In this document: positions 18,471-26,838 of the stretch, piece after piece
How positions within the stretch are numbered: the stretch's first letter is position 1
How the letters are laid out: the number at the start of each line of letters is the position of its first letter
IMG/VR virus record: IMGVR_UViG_3300020460_000042
Coordinates: 1-29,801 of that record
DNA from: a virus
Lineage: Duplodnaviria > Caudoviricetes
DNA: 29,801 bases
Direction: 5' to 3' (one strand)
Notes under the pieces: generated by a model
What the model saw: only the letters and a program-made list of their open reading frames with translations
The model's database searches: none
What the model was told of the DNA's origin: nothing
Translations under genes and position numbers: made by a program

Positions 18471-18811
18471 TGAATCTGTGCCTCTTTAAAGCTTGCCTCT
18501 TGCTCATCGAGTTGTGCCATTGCCATCTTCCCAGTGTTTACAGTGTTCTGCAACATCTGTTCGATGTCCTCCAAGCACTTCAGCATAAGCCGGCAGTAGG
18601 TGTGGCCCTCGCTATCACGTAGCGGGGACGTGGTATAGGCCTCCAGGATAGTGTCCCGGAGGCCGGCTGTAGCGACCCGGTATTCGGGGGATTGCAACAG
18701 TTTGTTGCAGGCCGCGCCAAGGCGCAGTTCCTCCTCCAAATCGGGCCCGGAGAACTCTTCATCCTGTGGGAGTTCAACCTCGTCGAACTCCCCCGCCCAA
18801 CGGTCTGCCAC
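18467..18811 (-). CDS. Head-module hypothetical protein, 114 aa
   Basis: LLQSPEY...TGKMA pattern in the pre-scaffold slot; GTGA coupling to the scaffold gene. Confidence 0.75.
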   Translation of the reverse strand: MADRWAGEFDEVELPQDEEFSGPDLEEELRLGAACNKLLQSPEYRVATAGLRDTILEAYTTSPLRDSEGHTYCRLMLKCLEDIEQMLQNTVNTGKMAMAQLDEQEASFKEAQIQ

Positions 18812-18858
18812 TATTTGGGTTTAGGTTTGGGCTTGGGCTTGGGCTTGTAATTTGTCAT
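18811..18858 (-). CDS. Micro-ORF MTNYKPKPKPKPKPK, 15 aa (not in the ORF track)
   Basis: SD AAGGAG 7 nt upstream of the ATG; its TAG overlaps the GTG of the next gene (TAGTG). Confidence 0.65.
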   Translation of the reverse strand: MTNYKPKPKPKPKPK

Positions 18859-18871
18859 CAAAGGGCTCCTT

Positions 18872-19117
18872 TTAATCCAACACCGAGGGCACCGGGGGTT
18901 TTTTCCTGGCGGCCCGTTTCTTTTTGGGGTGTTCGGCGGGTTTCTGGCCTTCCTCCAGGATCTCCACCTCGCCCCTGCGCGCCATCAGGTTAGCCTGTAC
19001 CCGGCCCACCAGCATGACCTCATCAGGCAATAGAGTGCCCTCCTCGAAGCGTACACTCTCGCGTAACGGGGTGCCGTCTTCGGTGGTCTTGAGGCAGACC
19101 GATACCTTATCTTCCAT
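18872..19117 (-). CDS. Hypothetical protein with a basic C-terminal tail, 81 aa
   Basis: SD AGGAG upstream; PKKKRAARKK tail. Confidence 0.72.
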   Translation of the reverse strand: MEDKVSVCLKTTEDGTPLRESVRFEEGTLLPDEVMLVGRVQANLMARRGEVEILEEGQKPAEHPKKKRAARKKPPVPSVLD

Positions 19118-19137
19118 CGAACTCTCCTGCTTACTGT

Positions 19138-19198
19138 GTTTAAAGCTACTGTATCAGTAGTTGTGTTGTCAACCTAGTGATGCTACAGTATCACCCCA
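19138..19198. promoter_or_regulatory. Candidate overlapping divergent sigma70-type promoters with palindromes
   Basis: + strand: TTGTGT(19161)-N17-TACAGT(19184) with an extended TG. - strand: TTGACA(19172-19167)-N18-TAGCTT. Palindromes CTACTG-tat-CAGTAG and GTGATGCT-ac-AGTATCAC. Confidence 0.55.
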
Positions 19199-19215
19199 TC
19201 TAAGGAGTATCCGCC

Positions 19216-19431
19216 ATGAGCCACACCCCAGAAACCCTCGACAACCTCGTTACCTTCGAGACCATCACAGAACATATGTACCGGGCCATCGAAATCGAGG
19301 TGGGCGTGGCCGCCGAGTTCAAGCCTGAAACTGAGGCAGAACTCGACAAGGCATTCGGTCTTATCGCCAAAGCTCTAGGGCTGCCTGAAGACCAGCCGGC
19401 GTCGTATCTGCCGGACGGTTACCTCGGTTGA
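19216..19431 (+). CDS. Small acidic protein antisense to the virion operon, 71 aa
   Basis: SD TAAGGAG 8 nt upstream, candidate promoter, and GC3-rich codons matching the genome. Confidence 0.65.
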   Translation: MSHTPETLDNLVTFETITEHMYRAIEIEVGVAAEFKPETEAELDKAFGLIAKALGLPEDQPASYLPDGYLG

Positions 19432-20956
19432 ACAGGTCGTCCCACCGCATCACGCCATCCAGCCACTGTTGGTTGGCTTTTTGCAGGGGCGTGCTCAAGT
19501 AAAACGACCGGAAGTCGGACTTTGGCGAAGTTCCTGCCGCCCTTCTGGCCGCATAAAAATCCGGGAACAGCACCTCTGAAGGGATCCCCTGGGCGATGCC
19601 GCCGAAGTAGTCTCCTCCCATCTGGGTGTTGTAGGTGGTGTGTTCTTTAAAGGGGTTAGCCACAATCTGCCCTGTTGGGCGGGACATGGTCTGAGCACCG
19701 TGCAGCAATGGAACATTCATCAGGTCGGGGTCCGTCAGCGCAAACCTAGTTTCAGCCGCATCCGGAAAACCTCGGTTCTTGTAGTCATCCTTCTGGGCGA
19801 CCTGCATGAACGCATGCCGAAGTTCGCCGTTGTTACGCAACGCCTGGGTAGACTCCGGATCGTCAATCCCCTTCCACTCGGGCCGGATCTTCCGCAATTC
19901 TCGGTCAAACTTAGTTTTGGCGGTCTTGGACACGTTGCCCGCCATCTGCTCTAAGGTGGCGTCCGCCATATTGACGCTAAAGTTGGTCATTTTGTGCGAC
20001 CCCGGCGCAAACGTAAGAAGCGGGTTACCCCCTGCTTCCAGCACCTGATTCACCTTATTGTTGAGGCCCGTCACCACCCCTAAGTCTGACGCCCATATGG
20101 ACTGTGGCCCCTGCCTCATGAACCCGTGGCCGCCTTCAAGTTCGATAGGGCTAGCCAGAGGGCGCCCGCCTACAGACAGCAGCCACTTGGCAATGTCAGT
20201 GCGGTCGCCTACAGCAGGGATGAGCGTGAACCCGAACATGTCCTCGGGCGTCACCTCACGGTGGGGCTGAAGACCTACGCGGTCGTCCACAACCTCACGG
20301 CTAAACTCCCCGAAAGGCTTCCGCAGCTTTTTCTCCAGGCCTATTGGGTGCCAGGGTTGGTCCTCCGGGTATCCCGCCGCCTTGGCTTGGGCCTTGGTCA
20401 TATTCTTACCCGGAGCGGCATCCAGTTGCAGCGGAGGCAACACGTCACCCCAGAAGCCCTTCACCTGTGGCATCTCAGACGGCACCATTGCTCGCGCGGC
20501 GTTGGTCATAGCGCCCTTGGGTACGAACGGCAGCCCAGCAGCAATAGCAGTCGGCAGCGTCTTCGCAATGGTCCCCCCTGGAACCCCTGCTAGGTCGTAG
20601 CCAAAGTTGCCAAGGGCCTCTTCAGCCTCCGCGACGGGCCGGAGCAGGTCGCCCAGCATCCGCTGCGCCTGTTCGCCACCGCCTGACCGAGGCTGCCAAG
20701 TCAATGCATCGCGCACGGCTTGGACGTTGTCGGCTGCAGTGTCAAGCCCAAACGGAAGACTGGCTATGCCGGCAAGACCTGCCGGTATCTCGCCCACGCC
20801 GCTGGCCAACATGCCAATAACGTCGTTAAGAGTGTCGCCATACGACCGACCAAAGCTGCCCAGCTTGCCAAGCACCGATTGCTCGGCGGCCATCTGACGG
20901 GCTTGAGCCCTATAGGCTTCTTCGGGGCTGCGGAAGGGCACAACATTCATGGCCAT
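19361..20956 (-). CDS. Hypothetical protein, possibly virion-internal, 531 aa
   Basis: Long ORF; Gly/Ala-rich hydrophobic N-terminus like ejection proteins, with a globular C-terminal region. Confidence 0.75.
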   Translation of the reverse strand: MAMNVVPFRSPEEAYRAQARQMAAEQSVLGKLGSFGRSYGDTLNDVIGMLASGVGEIPAGLAGIASLPFGLDTAADNVQAVRDALTWQPRSGGGEQAQRMLGDLLRPVAEAEEALGNFGYDLAGVPGGTIAKTLPTAIAAGLPFVPKGAMTNAARAMVPSEMPQVKGFWGDVLPPLQLDAAPGKNMTKAQAKAAGYPEDQPWHPIGLEKKLRKPFGEFSREVVDDRVGLQPHREVTPEDMFGFTLIPAVGDRTDIAKWLLSVGGRPLASPIELEGGHGFMRQGPQSIWASDLGVVTGLNNKVNQVLEAGGNPLLTFAPGSHKMTNFSVNMADATLEQMAGNVSKTAKTKFDRELRKIRPEWKGIDDPESTQALRNNGELRHAFMQVAQKDDYKNRGFPDAAETRFALTDPDLMNVPLLHGAQTMSRPTGQIVANPFKEHTTYNTQMGGDYFGGIAQGIPSEVLFPDFYAARRAAGTSPKSDFRSFYLSTPLQKANQQWLDGVMRWDDLFNRGNRPADTTPAGLQAALELWR

Positions 20957-21411
20957 ATCACCGTTCTAGTCAAAGGAATAAAAGACGCATAGCATTGATG
21001 ACGGGTCTCCACATGCCAGCGGTCGTGGGGTAGTTTGGTCAACACCTTGATGTGGGCCACATTCTTGCCCGTAGGACGGTCCTGGTCAGCGCGCACGGGT
21101 TCCTGGGTGATGTTCTCCCAAGGTATCCGGTAGAAGCTGTTGTCCGTGTCCTTCCAATAAATGGCCAAGTATTTGAACTCGCACGCCCGCACCTTATCGA
21201 AGGTGATGGTGGCAAGGCGCGCAACACCGGAGTCATGGAGTTCGGAGTCTATGTGGACGTTGACCGCGACCGGCTGAAGCTTGCCATCCCAAGCGCCGAG
21301 GTTGGGCCCCGCGATAACAACGAACGAGACCGCTGCAACAGCGAACAGAATGCTGGCCATAGACAGACGGTTTAAAGCCTCCAGGGCTCGACTTTCTAGG
21401 GTCTGGCTCAA
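20947..21411 (-). CDS. Membrane-anchored protein (start probably TTG 21411 or ATG 21360)
   Basis: In-frame TTG overlaps the upstream TGA; TM segment ILFAVAAVSFVVIAG followed by a soluble domain with two Cys. Confidence 0.62.
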   Translation of the reverse strand: MSQTLESRALEALNRLSMASILFAVAAVSFVVIAGPNLGAWDGKLQPVAVNVHIDSELHDSGVARLATITFDKVRACEFKYLAIYWKDTDNSFYRIPWENITQEPVRADQDRPTGKNVAHIKVLTKLPHDRWHVETRHQCYASFIPLTRTVIWP

Positions 21412-21644
21412 GAGTTCGCCCCCACCACGCCGCTCAGCACCTGGATGAGGACCGCCATCACGATGGCCCAGGTGACCTTGCGAAGGCCTGCCTGAATCTG
21501 GGATATCTGGCTCCCCTGTTCGGTCAAAATGACCTCCATCCGGGTCAGACGGTCCCGGGCTTCCGGGGAACCAGCTGCCACTTGTTCCAGAAGGGAGACC
21601 CGTTCGCGCAGCTGGTAGAACAACTCTGTATCTGGTTCGGTCAC
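21408..21644 (-). CDS. Coiled-coil protein with C-terminal TM segment (holin/XhlA-like), 78 aa
   Basis: RVSLLE...RLTRME heptads, then TM segment VTWAIVMAVLIQVLSGVV; SD AAGGTG. Confidence 0.6.
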   Translation of the reverse strand: MTEPDTELFYQLRERVSLLEQVAAGSPEARDRLTRMEVILTEQGSQISQIQAGLRKVTWAIVMAVLIQVLSGVVGANS

Positions 21645-21657
21645 CCATCAGACACCT

Positions 21658-23874
21658 TTAGTCGGCGCTGCCCATGTCCCACGGGGAGGGCTTTTGGTTG
21701 AGCCCTTGACCGTGGATATCGACAGCTGCGTCCACCTCCATCTTCGTATAATCCAGGTCGAGGTCTTGGGAGTGCTGCAACGCGGCCTGGGCCATCTTCT
21801 CGCGCTCGCGGGCGTCCTTTAAAGCGGATTCCATACGTTTGGTAAGTTCCCTGTTCTGCTCAATCATGGCTTGCGCCTGCAGCATCATTTGTTGGGAAGC
21901 CTGCATCTGTGCTTGCTGGGCTTCAACTTGCTGTTGCTGCTCCATAGCCTCTTGCTGCTTCTGCTGCATCGCCTGCTGGGCTTCTGGGCTCTTCGGGTCT
22001 TGCCAGTAGGGCGAGGGGTCGCCCACGTGTGAGGAGCGGGTGAACTCCGCGAGGGTGTTGTAGATGTTGTCCATCGTGACCAGGATGCCGTCACCGCCCA
22101 TCTCCCACACAGTCTGCTGCTGTTGCAGCGTCATAGCGAGGCCCTGGGCCTTCTTCATCCGGTCACTGTGCGATAGCGTGGTCTTGACGGTGGCGCCAGT
22201 GCGGGCTCTCCACTCTGCCGGGTTGACCTCCTGCCACTGCTTACGGGCCTGGAAGTGTATTGGCGTCTTGCGGTAGCGCTGCAGGTTCATCCGCACCTTC
22301 ATCAGCGTGCCCTTCGACAGCGTATTGGCGAACAGCTTGACGATGAGCCCGGTTAACTCTTCCTTCGCGGACATCAGCCGCTCTAGGCCATGCGCGGTAT
22401 CGCCCGCGATAGCGTTTGCGACCGCTGCTGTATCGGGAGAGACGCCCGCACGCCCGGTACGGACGTTATCGAGCCACTCCAGCTGCCGATACCCCAGTTC
22501 GCCAATCTGTGGCGCCACCAGGGGCTCAATCATGCCGGGCGCCTTCTGCCGAACCACGCCGCCTGGGCGCGTCGTCAGCAGGTCGTCCAGGTTGACCTGA
22601 CCCGCGACCACCGCTAGGCGGGCGTTGTTCTGGTGCGAGAGGTTGTCCTGGATAGCGCGCACCAGTTCGGTCTTCTGGTCCTGAATCTCGGACACTTTGT
22701 CATAAAGACTGCGGCCCCAGAACTTGTGCGTCATCAGGAACGGTGTGCAGCCCACAAACGGATTACACGGCACATGCTCCCAACCCATCAGCACGTAGGT
22801 GCTATCGCCAGCCACGTGGCACTGGATAAGTTCCGCGTAGCCGTCCCGGTCGGTGTCAACGTGTGCGTAGCACTCCGCGACCTTGACCCGCCGGGTGGCG
22901 CGGTCACTCGCGTCATAGCCGAAGTCTCGCTCATCTTCCAGGCTGCGGCGCTCCTCCCGCTCCCCGGTGGTGTCCACGCTGTAGGTCGGCAGGTCCCGGA
23001 CAAGGTCTTCCGGCCAGCCCTCACTGATGAGGTCGGACTCAGTCGCAAGCCTCTCGTGAGCGGTGAAACGCGCGTCGTCCAGGTTGATACTGGTGTGGTC
23101 CCGGTTCACCCGGAACTCTTCCGGCGGCATGGGCACCACCTTCACGCCACCGTTGCGTGTCACGCGACGCACGGTGATGTCGTAGGTGAATACAGGCTGC
23201 CCGTCCATCGTGACAGCCGCGCCCCCGGCCTCGTGCGGCGTCATCTCGGTCGGCACCACGATGCTGCCGTCCTCGGGCTGCAACAGCTGGGCAGCCTCCA
23301 TCTCTGTGAGCCCTTCGTAGGTCTCATAACAGACACTGGTGGACTCGTCCCAATAAATCTTGCCGATACCGTTCTTCTGCATCAGCGCGTCCTTTACCAC
23401 GCTGTAGAAGTAAGTGAACCCGTCGTTCTCTTTAAAGATGACGTGTTCGCAGGCGTCGGTCTCCAGTTGCGCGGCCTCCTCGTCCTCCTCAGACTGGGCG
23501 TCGAACAGCACCACGTTCTCAGTGTTGACGAGGGCCTCGATACACTGCGGCAGGGTCCACTCGATAACGTCAGCCACGTCGGTACTGACAGCCTGCGAGC
23601 GCCCCTTCGGCGCCGACCTCATGCGGCCTTCGTAGTACCGCATCGCCAGGATACGGTTCTCGGAGAGTTCGCCGCTATGCTCGCTACCGGAGTTCTGCAA
23701 CTCGGTTTCGACGACCGACAGGATCTCCCTGTCGGTCATGGGCTCCCTCTCGCGCTCGTCCTGAAGCACGCCCCCGGTGCCGGTGGTGGCGGGGTCACTA
23801 GTGACCAGTTCGGTCGCACCTTCCTCGGACCCGTCATCGTCCGAATATGGGTCGTCGTAAAGTTCAGTGGCCAT
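21658..23874 (-). CDS. Portal protein (P22-like), 738 aa
   Basis: RSQAVSTDVADVIEW, KDALMQKNGIGK, PPEEF and a Q-rich barrel-like C-terminus; downstream of terL. Confidence 0.9.
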   Translation of the reverse strand: MATELYDDPYSDDDGSEEGATELVTSDPATTGTGGVLQDEREREPMTDREILSVVETELQNSGSEHSGELSENRILAMRYYEGRMRSAPKGRSQAVSTDVADVIEWTLPQCIEALVNTENVVLFDAQSEEDEEAAQLETDACEHVIFKENDGFTYFYSVVKDALMQKNGIGKIYWDESTSVCYETYEGLTEMEAAQLLQPEDGSIVVPTEMTPHEAGGAAVTMDGQPVFTYDITVRRVTRNGGVKVVPMPPEEFRVNRDHTSINLDDARFTAHERLATESDLISEGWPEDLVRDLPTYSVDTTGEREERRSLEDERDFGYDASDRATRRVKVAECYAHVDTDRDGYAELIQCHVAGDSTYVLMGWEHVPCNPFVGCTPFLMTHKFWGRSLYDKVSEIQDQKTELVRAIQDNLSHQNNARLAVVAGQVNLDDLLTTRPGGVVRQKAPGMIEPLVAPQIGELGYRQLEWLDNVRTGRAGVSPDTAAVANAIAGDTAHGLERLMSAKEELTGLIVKLFANTLSKGTLMKVRMNLQRYRKTPIHFQARKQWQEVNPAEWRARTGATVKTTLSHSDRMKKAQGLAMTLQQQQTVWEMGGDGILVTMDNIYNTLAEFTRSSHVGDPSPYWQDPKSPEAQQAMQQKQQEAMEQQQQVEAQQAQMQASQQMMLQAQAMIEQNRELTKRMESALKDAREREKMAQAALQHSQDLDLDYTKMEVDAAVDIHGQGLNQKPSPWDMGSAD

Positions 23875-23885
23875 GCTTTAAAGCC

Positions 23886-24134
23886 TCACGTAATGGCGTC
23901 ATTCTCGGGCGGCGGTGCGCCCGCCACAGGGTAACCGGCCAGGGACATGTCGTAGGTGGCGCTGGACCCGTCAGCGGCGTCAGTGAAGCCCTGGTCCCAG
24001 GCTGCCTCCTCTGGGGTTCCATTGCCGTCGTGGGGGTTGTCGGTTGCGGCGCCGCCGGCGCGCTCGTCAGCAGCGCCCTCGGCATAGCAGCGGCGCAGCT
24101 TGGCATCGCGTAGGTACTCGGTACGGTCGGGCAT
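23886..24134 (-). CDS. Rmf/CrpP-like small protein, 82 aa (start revised to ATG 24134)
   Basis: YAEGAAD...G...NPH...AWDQGF pattern; GGAG upstream of the ATG. Confidence 0.55.
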   Translation of the reverse strand: MPDRTEYLRDAKLRRCYAEGAADERAGGAATDNPHDGNGTPEEAAWDQGFTDAADGSSATYDMSLAGYPVAGAPPPENDAIT

Positions 24135-24139
24135 TGGGG

Positions 24140-25762
24140 TCAGTCTCCATAATCGATGGTGTCGTTGAACCCGCACCAGCTGGACTTTCGGCGGTCCTGC
24201 AGGGTCGCCTCACGGACATACGGACCATCGAAATGGTCGTCCTTTTCGGCATGCAGGATGGCCTGAGACACGTTGCCACGGGACTCATACTCGTGGGCAG
24301 CGTACACGATTGCATCCCCAATGTCAGGTGACCGCCCCAGGCGGGTCAGTTTCATCAGGTCCTCTTTGGCCTCGACCTGCACCCCTCGGGCGGTCACACG
24401 GTAGTGCGGCGCGCACAGGTCGGCCTTCACCTCGCTGCCCGGTGGGAGCGCTATCGGGTCCGGGTTCTGGGGCGCCAGCAACTCTCGCATCCGCCAGTAA
24501 AGCGCGGAGCGGAGGTTCGCCATCTTCAGTCGACCGGTCTTGTCAGTGTAGTGGCTGGCAGCGCTGCCGTGTATCGCGGTCACGTCCATGCCCAGGCCCT
24601 CCAGGTGGTCTACCACCGAGGTGCCCACCCCGACAACATCGACCATCACCGGGGCACCATTGCGGAGGTGCTGCACCACCAGGGCGGCGCCTGCTGGCCC
24701 GTCCGGCACAGCGGCGCCCGGAGTCTCGATGGGCTTCGAGAACCAGCTGCCGTGCCTCGGGACCAGGACCATCTGGTCCTTCCCACCGCGCGCCGGGTCC
24801 ACGCCCATCGCGGACATGACCCCGTGCGGCTCATTCTCACGCAGCCGCCAGCGGCGCTGTGCGGCGTCCACCCAGGCGGAGGGTATGACCTGCCACTCGT
24901 GGTCGTCCTGGCCCGCTTTAAAGTCACCGTCTCGCATCTGCGACCGGAGCGGTTCGGGCAGGGCCTCCAGCTGGTCAGCGTAGCCCGTCCGCATCAGGAA
25001 GGGGTTGTCTTCGACCGAGGCCGGAATGAAGGTGCGGGAACGGGGCAGCACCCAGCGGGTCTTGCCGCTGGCACTGGTGACCTTCACCGGGCAGCCATCC
25101 TCCACGATGGTATCCTTCCCGTCCTCGGTGATGTAGTAGACCAGTTCGCCCGGTGCGACCTCACCATAGAGCGGGTGTTCATCGTCCAGCCAGGGCGCCC
25201 AGTATTTCAGCACCCACAGCCCCTCGGGTGTGGTGGGCGGGTTGCCTGTCGCGACCACCCTGCAGCGCTGCTTGGGGTCCACCGACCGGTTCCAGGTCTG
25301 CAGGTAGCGGTACTGGAACTCGGTAAACTGGGTCACCTCGTCGTAGATGATGAGGTCATGCGGGCGGCCCTGGTACTTCTGCTCGTCGCCGGGGTTCGGC
25401 ATCGACCCGTACTCCAGCTGCCGCCCCCCGAATCGCCATATCTTCTCACCGCCGTGGTATTGGTCCTTTCCGCCCAGGAGTTCGGTCAGCCGGTCAGTGA
25501 TGCCGGTCAGCTGCGTTGCCTCGCGGCGGTAGACGATGCTGACCTGATGCTCCTCCAGCGCGAGGCCGCACACAAAATCTGTCTTGCCGCCGCCTGCGGC
25601 GCCACCGTAGAACAGTTCATCAGCCTTGCAGTTCCAGGCGTCCAGCTGCGGCCCCGGGAGGGGCGCCCAGGTCATGATGTCGTCCAGCTGGGCCTGCTCC
25701 TCTGGGCTCAGCTTCGCCAGGAGCGCCATCGCCTCGTCGACGGTCTGCGGCATCTGGGTCAC
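24140..25762 (-). CDS. terL: Terminase large subunit (start GTG 25762 or ATG 25753)
   Basis: YGGAAGGGKT Walker A, IIYDE Walker B, ATGNP, DNPFL, and nuclease motifs MGVDPA and SPDIGDA. Confidence 0.93.
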   Translation of the reverse strand: MTQMPQTVDEAMALLAKLSPEEQAQLDDIMTWAPLPGPQLDAWNCKADELFYGGAAGGGKTDFVCGLALEEHQVSIVYRREATQLTGITDRLTELLGGKDQYHGGEKIWRFGGRQLEYGSMPNPGDEQKYQGRPHDLIIYDEVTQFTEFQYRYLQTWNRSVDPKQRCRVVATGNPPTTPEGLWVLKYWAPWLDDEHPLYGEVAPGELVYYITEDGKDTIVEDGCPVKVTSASGKTRWVLPRSRTFIPASVEDNPFLMRTGYADQLEALPEPLRSQMRDGDFKAGQDDHEWQVIPSAWVDAAQRRWRLRENEPHGVMSAMGVDPARGGKDQMVLVPRHGSWFSKPIETPGAAVPDGPAGAALVVQHLRNGAPVMVDVVGVGTSVVDHLEGLGMDVTAIHGSAASHYTDKTGRLKMANLRSALYWRMRELLAPQNPDPIALPPGSEVKADLCAPHYRVTARGVQVEAKEDLMKLTRLGRSPDIGDAIVYAAHEYESRGNVSQAILHAEKDDHFDGPYVREATLQDRRKSSWCGFNDTIDYGD

Positions 25763-25917
25763 GCGTGGAAACTCCCGCTGCCTTCGCAGACCGGGCAATC
25801 CCCGCCGCCGTCGCACTCGGGGCAGTACCCATCGTCAGTGGCCCCGTCACCTTCGCACTTGGGGCAGTCCCCGCTGCCATCGCACTCCCAGCAGTCCTCG
25901 TGGTCTTCGGTACTCAT
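25759..25917 (-). CDS. DnaJ-type zinc-finger miniprotein, 52 aa (not in the ORF track)
   Basis: MSTEDHEDCWECDGSGDCPKCEGDGATDDGYCPECDGGGDCPVCEGSGSFHA has four CxxCxGxG motifs; ATGA and GTGA overlaps on both sides. Confidence 0.85.
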   Translation of the reverse strand: MSTEDHEDCWECDGSGDCPKCEGDGATDDGYCPECDGGGDCPVCEGSGSFHA

Positions 25918-26624
25918 GAGATTCTCTGCCCCACCCGTTGCCCCTTCAGTATCCGCCCCACCTCGGCCCCAACCCGGGCGCGTAGTGGCGCTTTAAAGGC
26001 GTCGCTGTGCCCCACTTTGGTGAGACCGGGCAGCAGCGCCTCCAGGTCGATGTTGTGCACGTGAGGCCTGCCCTTTGTCTCCATCCCCCAGCGCCCGGCT
26101 GCGCCCCAGGGGTGCTTCCAGAACCAGTTCCAGGGCAGCACCCGTAGCGCCAGGGACGCCAGCACAGCGGCATCGTGGCTGGCGTGGAAGCACCACACGT
26201 GGCGGGCCCTGATGTCGGCGTCCACGCGGATGGCCGGGTTGAGGAGCACCGCGTGCGTGAGCGCCACGCCGGGCTTGCGAGACAGCATGCGGATGATGTT
26301 GCACCCGTGGCTGTGGCCCACAGCGCTGACCATCACCTCGGGCTCATACTCGACCTGCTGCCGGATGTAGTCGGCAGCCGCGCCGGCCACGTTGTCTGCG
26401 GTCACCCTCGCGTCAATCAGGAACTCTTTCTTGCGGTCCCAATCGATGACGCGTCTGCCATCCTCGGCCAGCCAGGGGTCCAGCTGGTCCAGCGTAGACG
26501 CGCCCGCATCCCCCACATTGAAGCCGTGGAACGTGTGCACGTCGTGGGCCCGCTTCAGCGGCACCACGTTCGGATGTATCCAGGTCATCCCCTCCTCACC
26601 GGTCACGTTCTCCCTCCAGGTCAT
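25914..26624 (-). CDS. Alpha/beta-fold hydrolase (esterase/lipase-like)
   Basis: FHGFN oxyanion motif, VGHSHG nucleophile elbow, LLNPA, ASHD and C-terminal GHS. Confidence 0.8.
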   Translation of the reverse strand: MTWRENVTGEEGMTWIHPNVVPLKRAHDVHTFHGFNVGDAGASTLDQLDPWLAEDGRRVIDWDRKKEFLIDARVTADNVAGAAADYIRQQVEYEPEVMVSAVGHSHGCNIIRMLSRKPGVALTHAVLLNPAIRVDADIRARHVWCFHASHDAAVLASLALRVLPWNWFWKHPWGAAGRWGMETKGRPHVHNIDLEALLPGLTKVGHSDAFKAPLRARVGAEVGRILKGQRVGQRIS

Positions 26625-26838
26625 CTAGGTAGTCGGTCATGTGATGCAGGGCTGCGTCCCAGCCCTCCCGATAGGCGCGAGAGAACAGCCAAGAGTGCAG
26701 GGGCAACGTCCACTCGCTCATCTTGGCGAGCCCAGCGTCCCATTCCCTCTGCCGGATGGCGCCGCACTTACGGCACCAGTGGACCACACCGGGGCCTCTC
26801 ACGATACGGTCGTAGCCGTCATGGGTGCACTGTTTCAC
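26596..26838 (-). CDS. Hypothetical protein with a possible small Zn knuckle, 80 aa
   Basis: CTH...WCRKCG; ATGA coupling to the upstream gene. Confidence 0.65.
   Translation of the reverse strand: MKQCTHDGYDRIVRGPGVVHWCRKCGAIRQREWDAGLAKMSEWTLPLHSWLFSRAYREGWDAALHHMTDYLDDLEGERDR

Noticed and set aside
21412-21648. N-terminal extension of the 233-aa ORF
   Set aside because: Overlaps the holin-like gene out of frame; the real start is probably 21411 or 21360.
21370-21824. T-TTA-AAG/C slippery heptamers (also at 5803 and 27341) as programmed -1 frameshifts
   Set aside because: They are a by-product of the dispersed palindrome; most coding copies are in the non-slippery TTT-AAA frame and I saw no clear stimulatory structure.
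22633-23934. 433-aa + strand ORF
   Set aside because: Antisense shadow of the portal gene.
24404-25996. 530-aa + strand ORF
   Set aside because: Antisense shadow of GC3-rich terL; no motifs.
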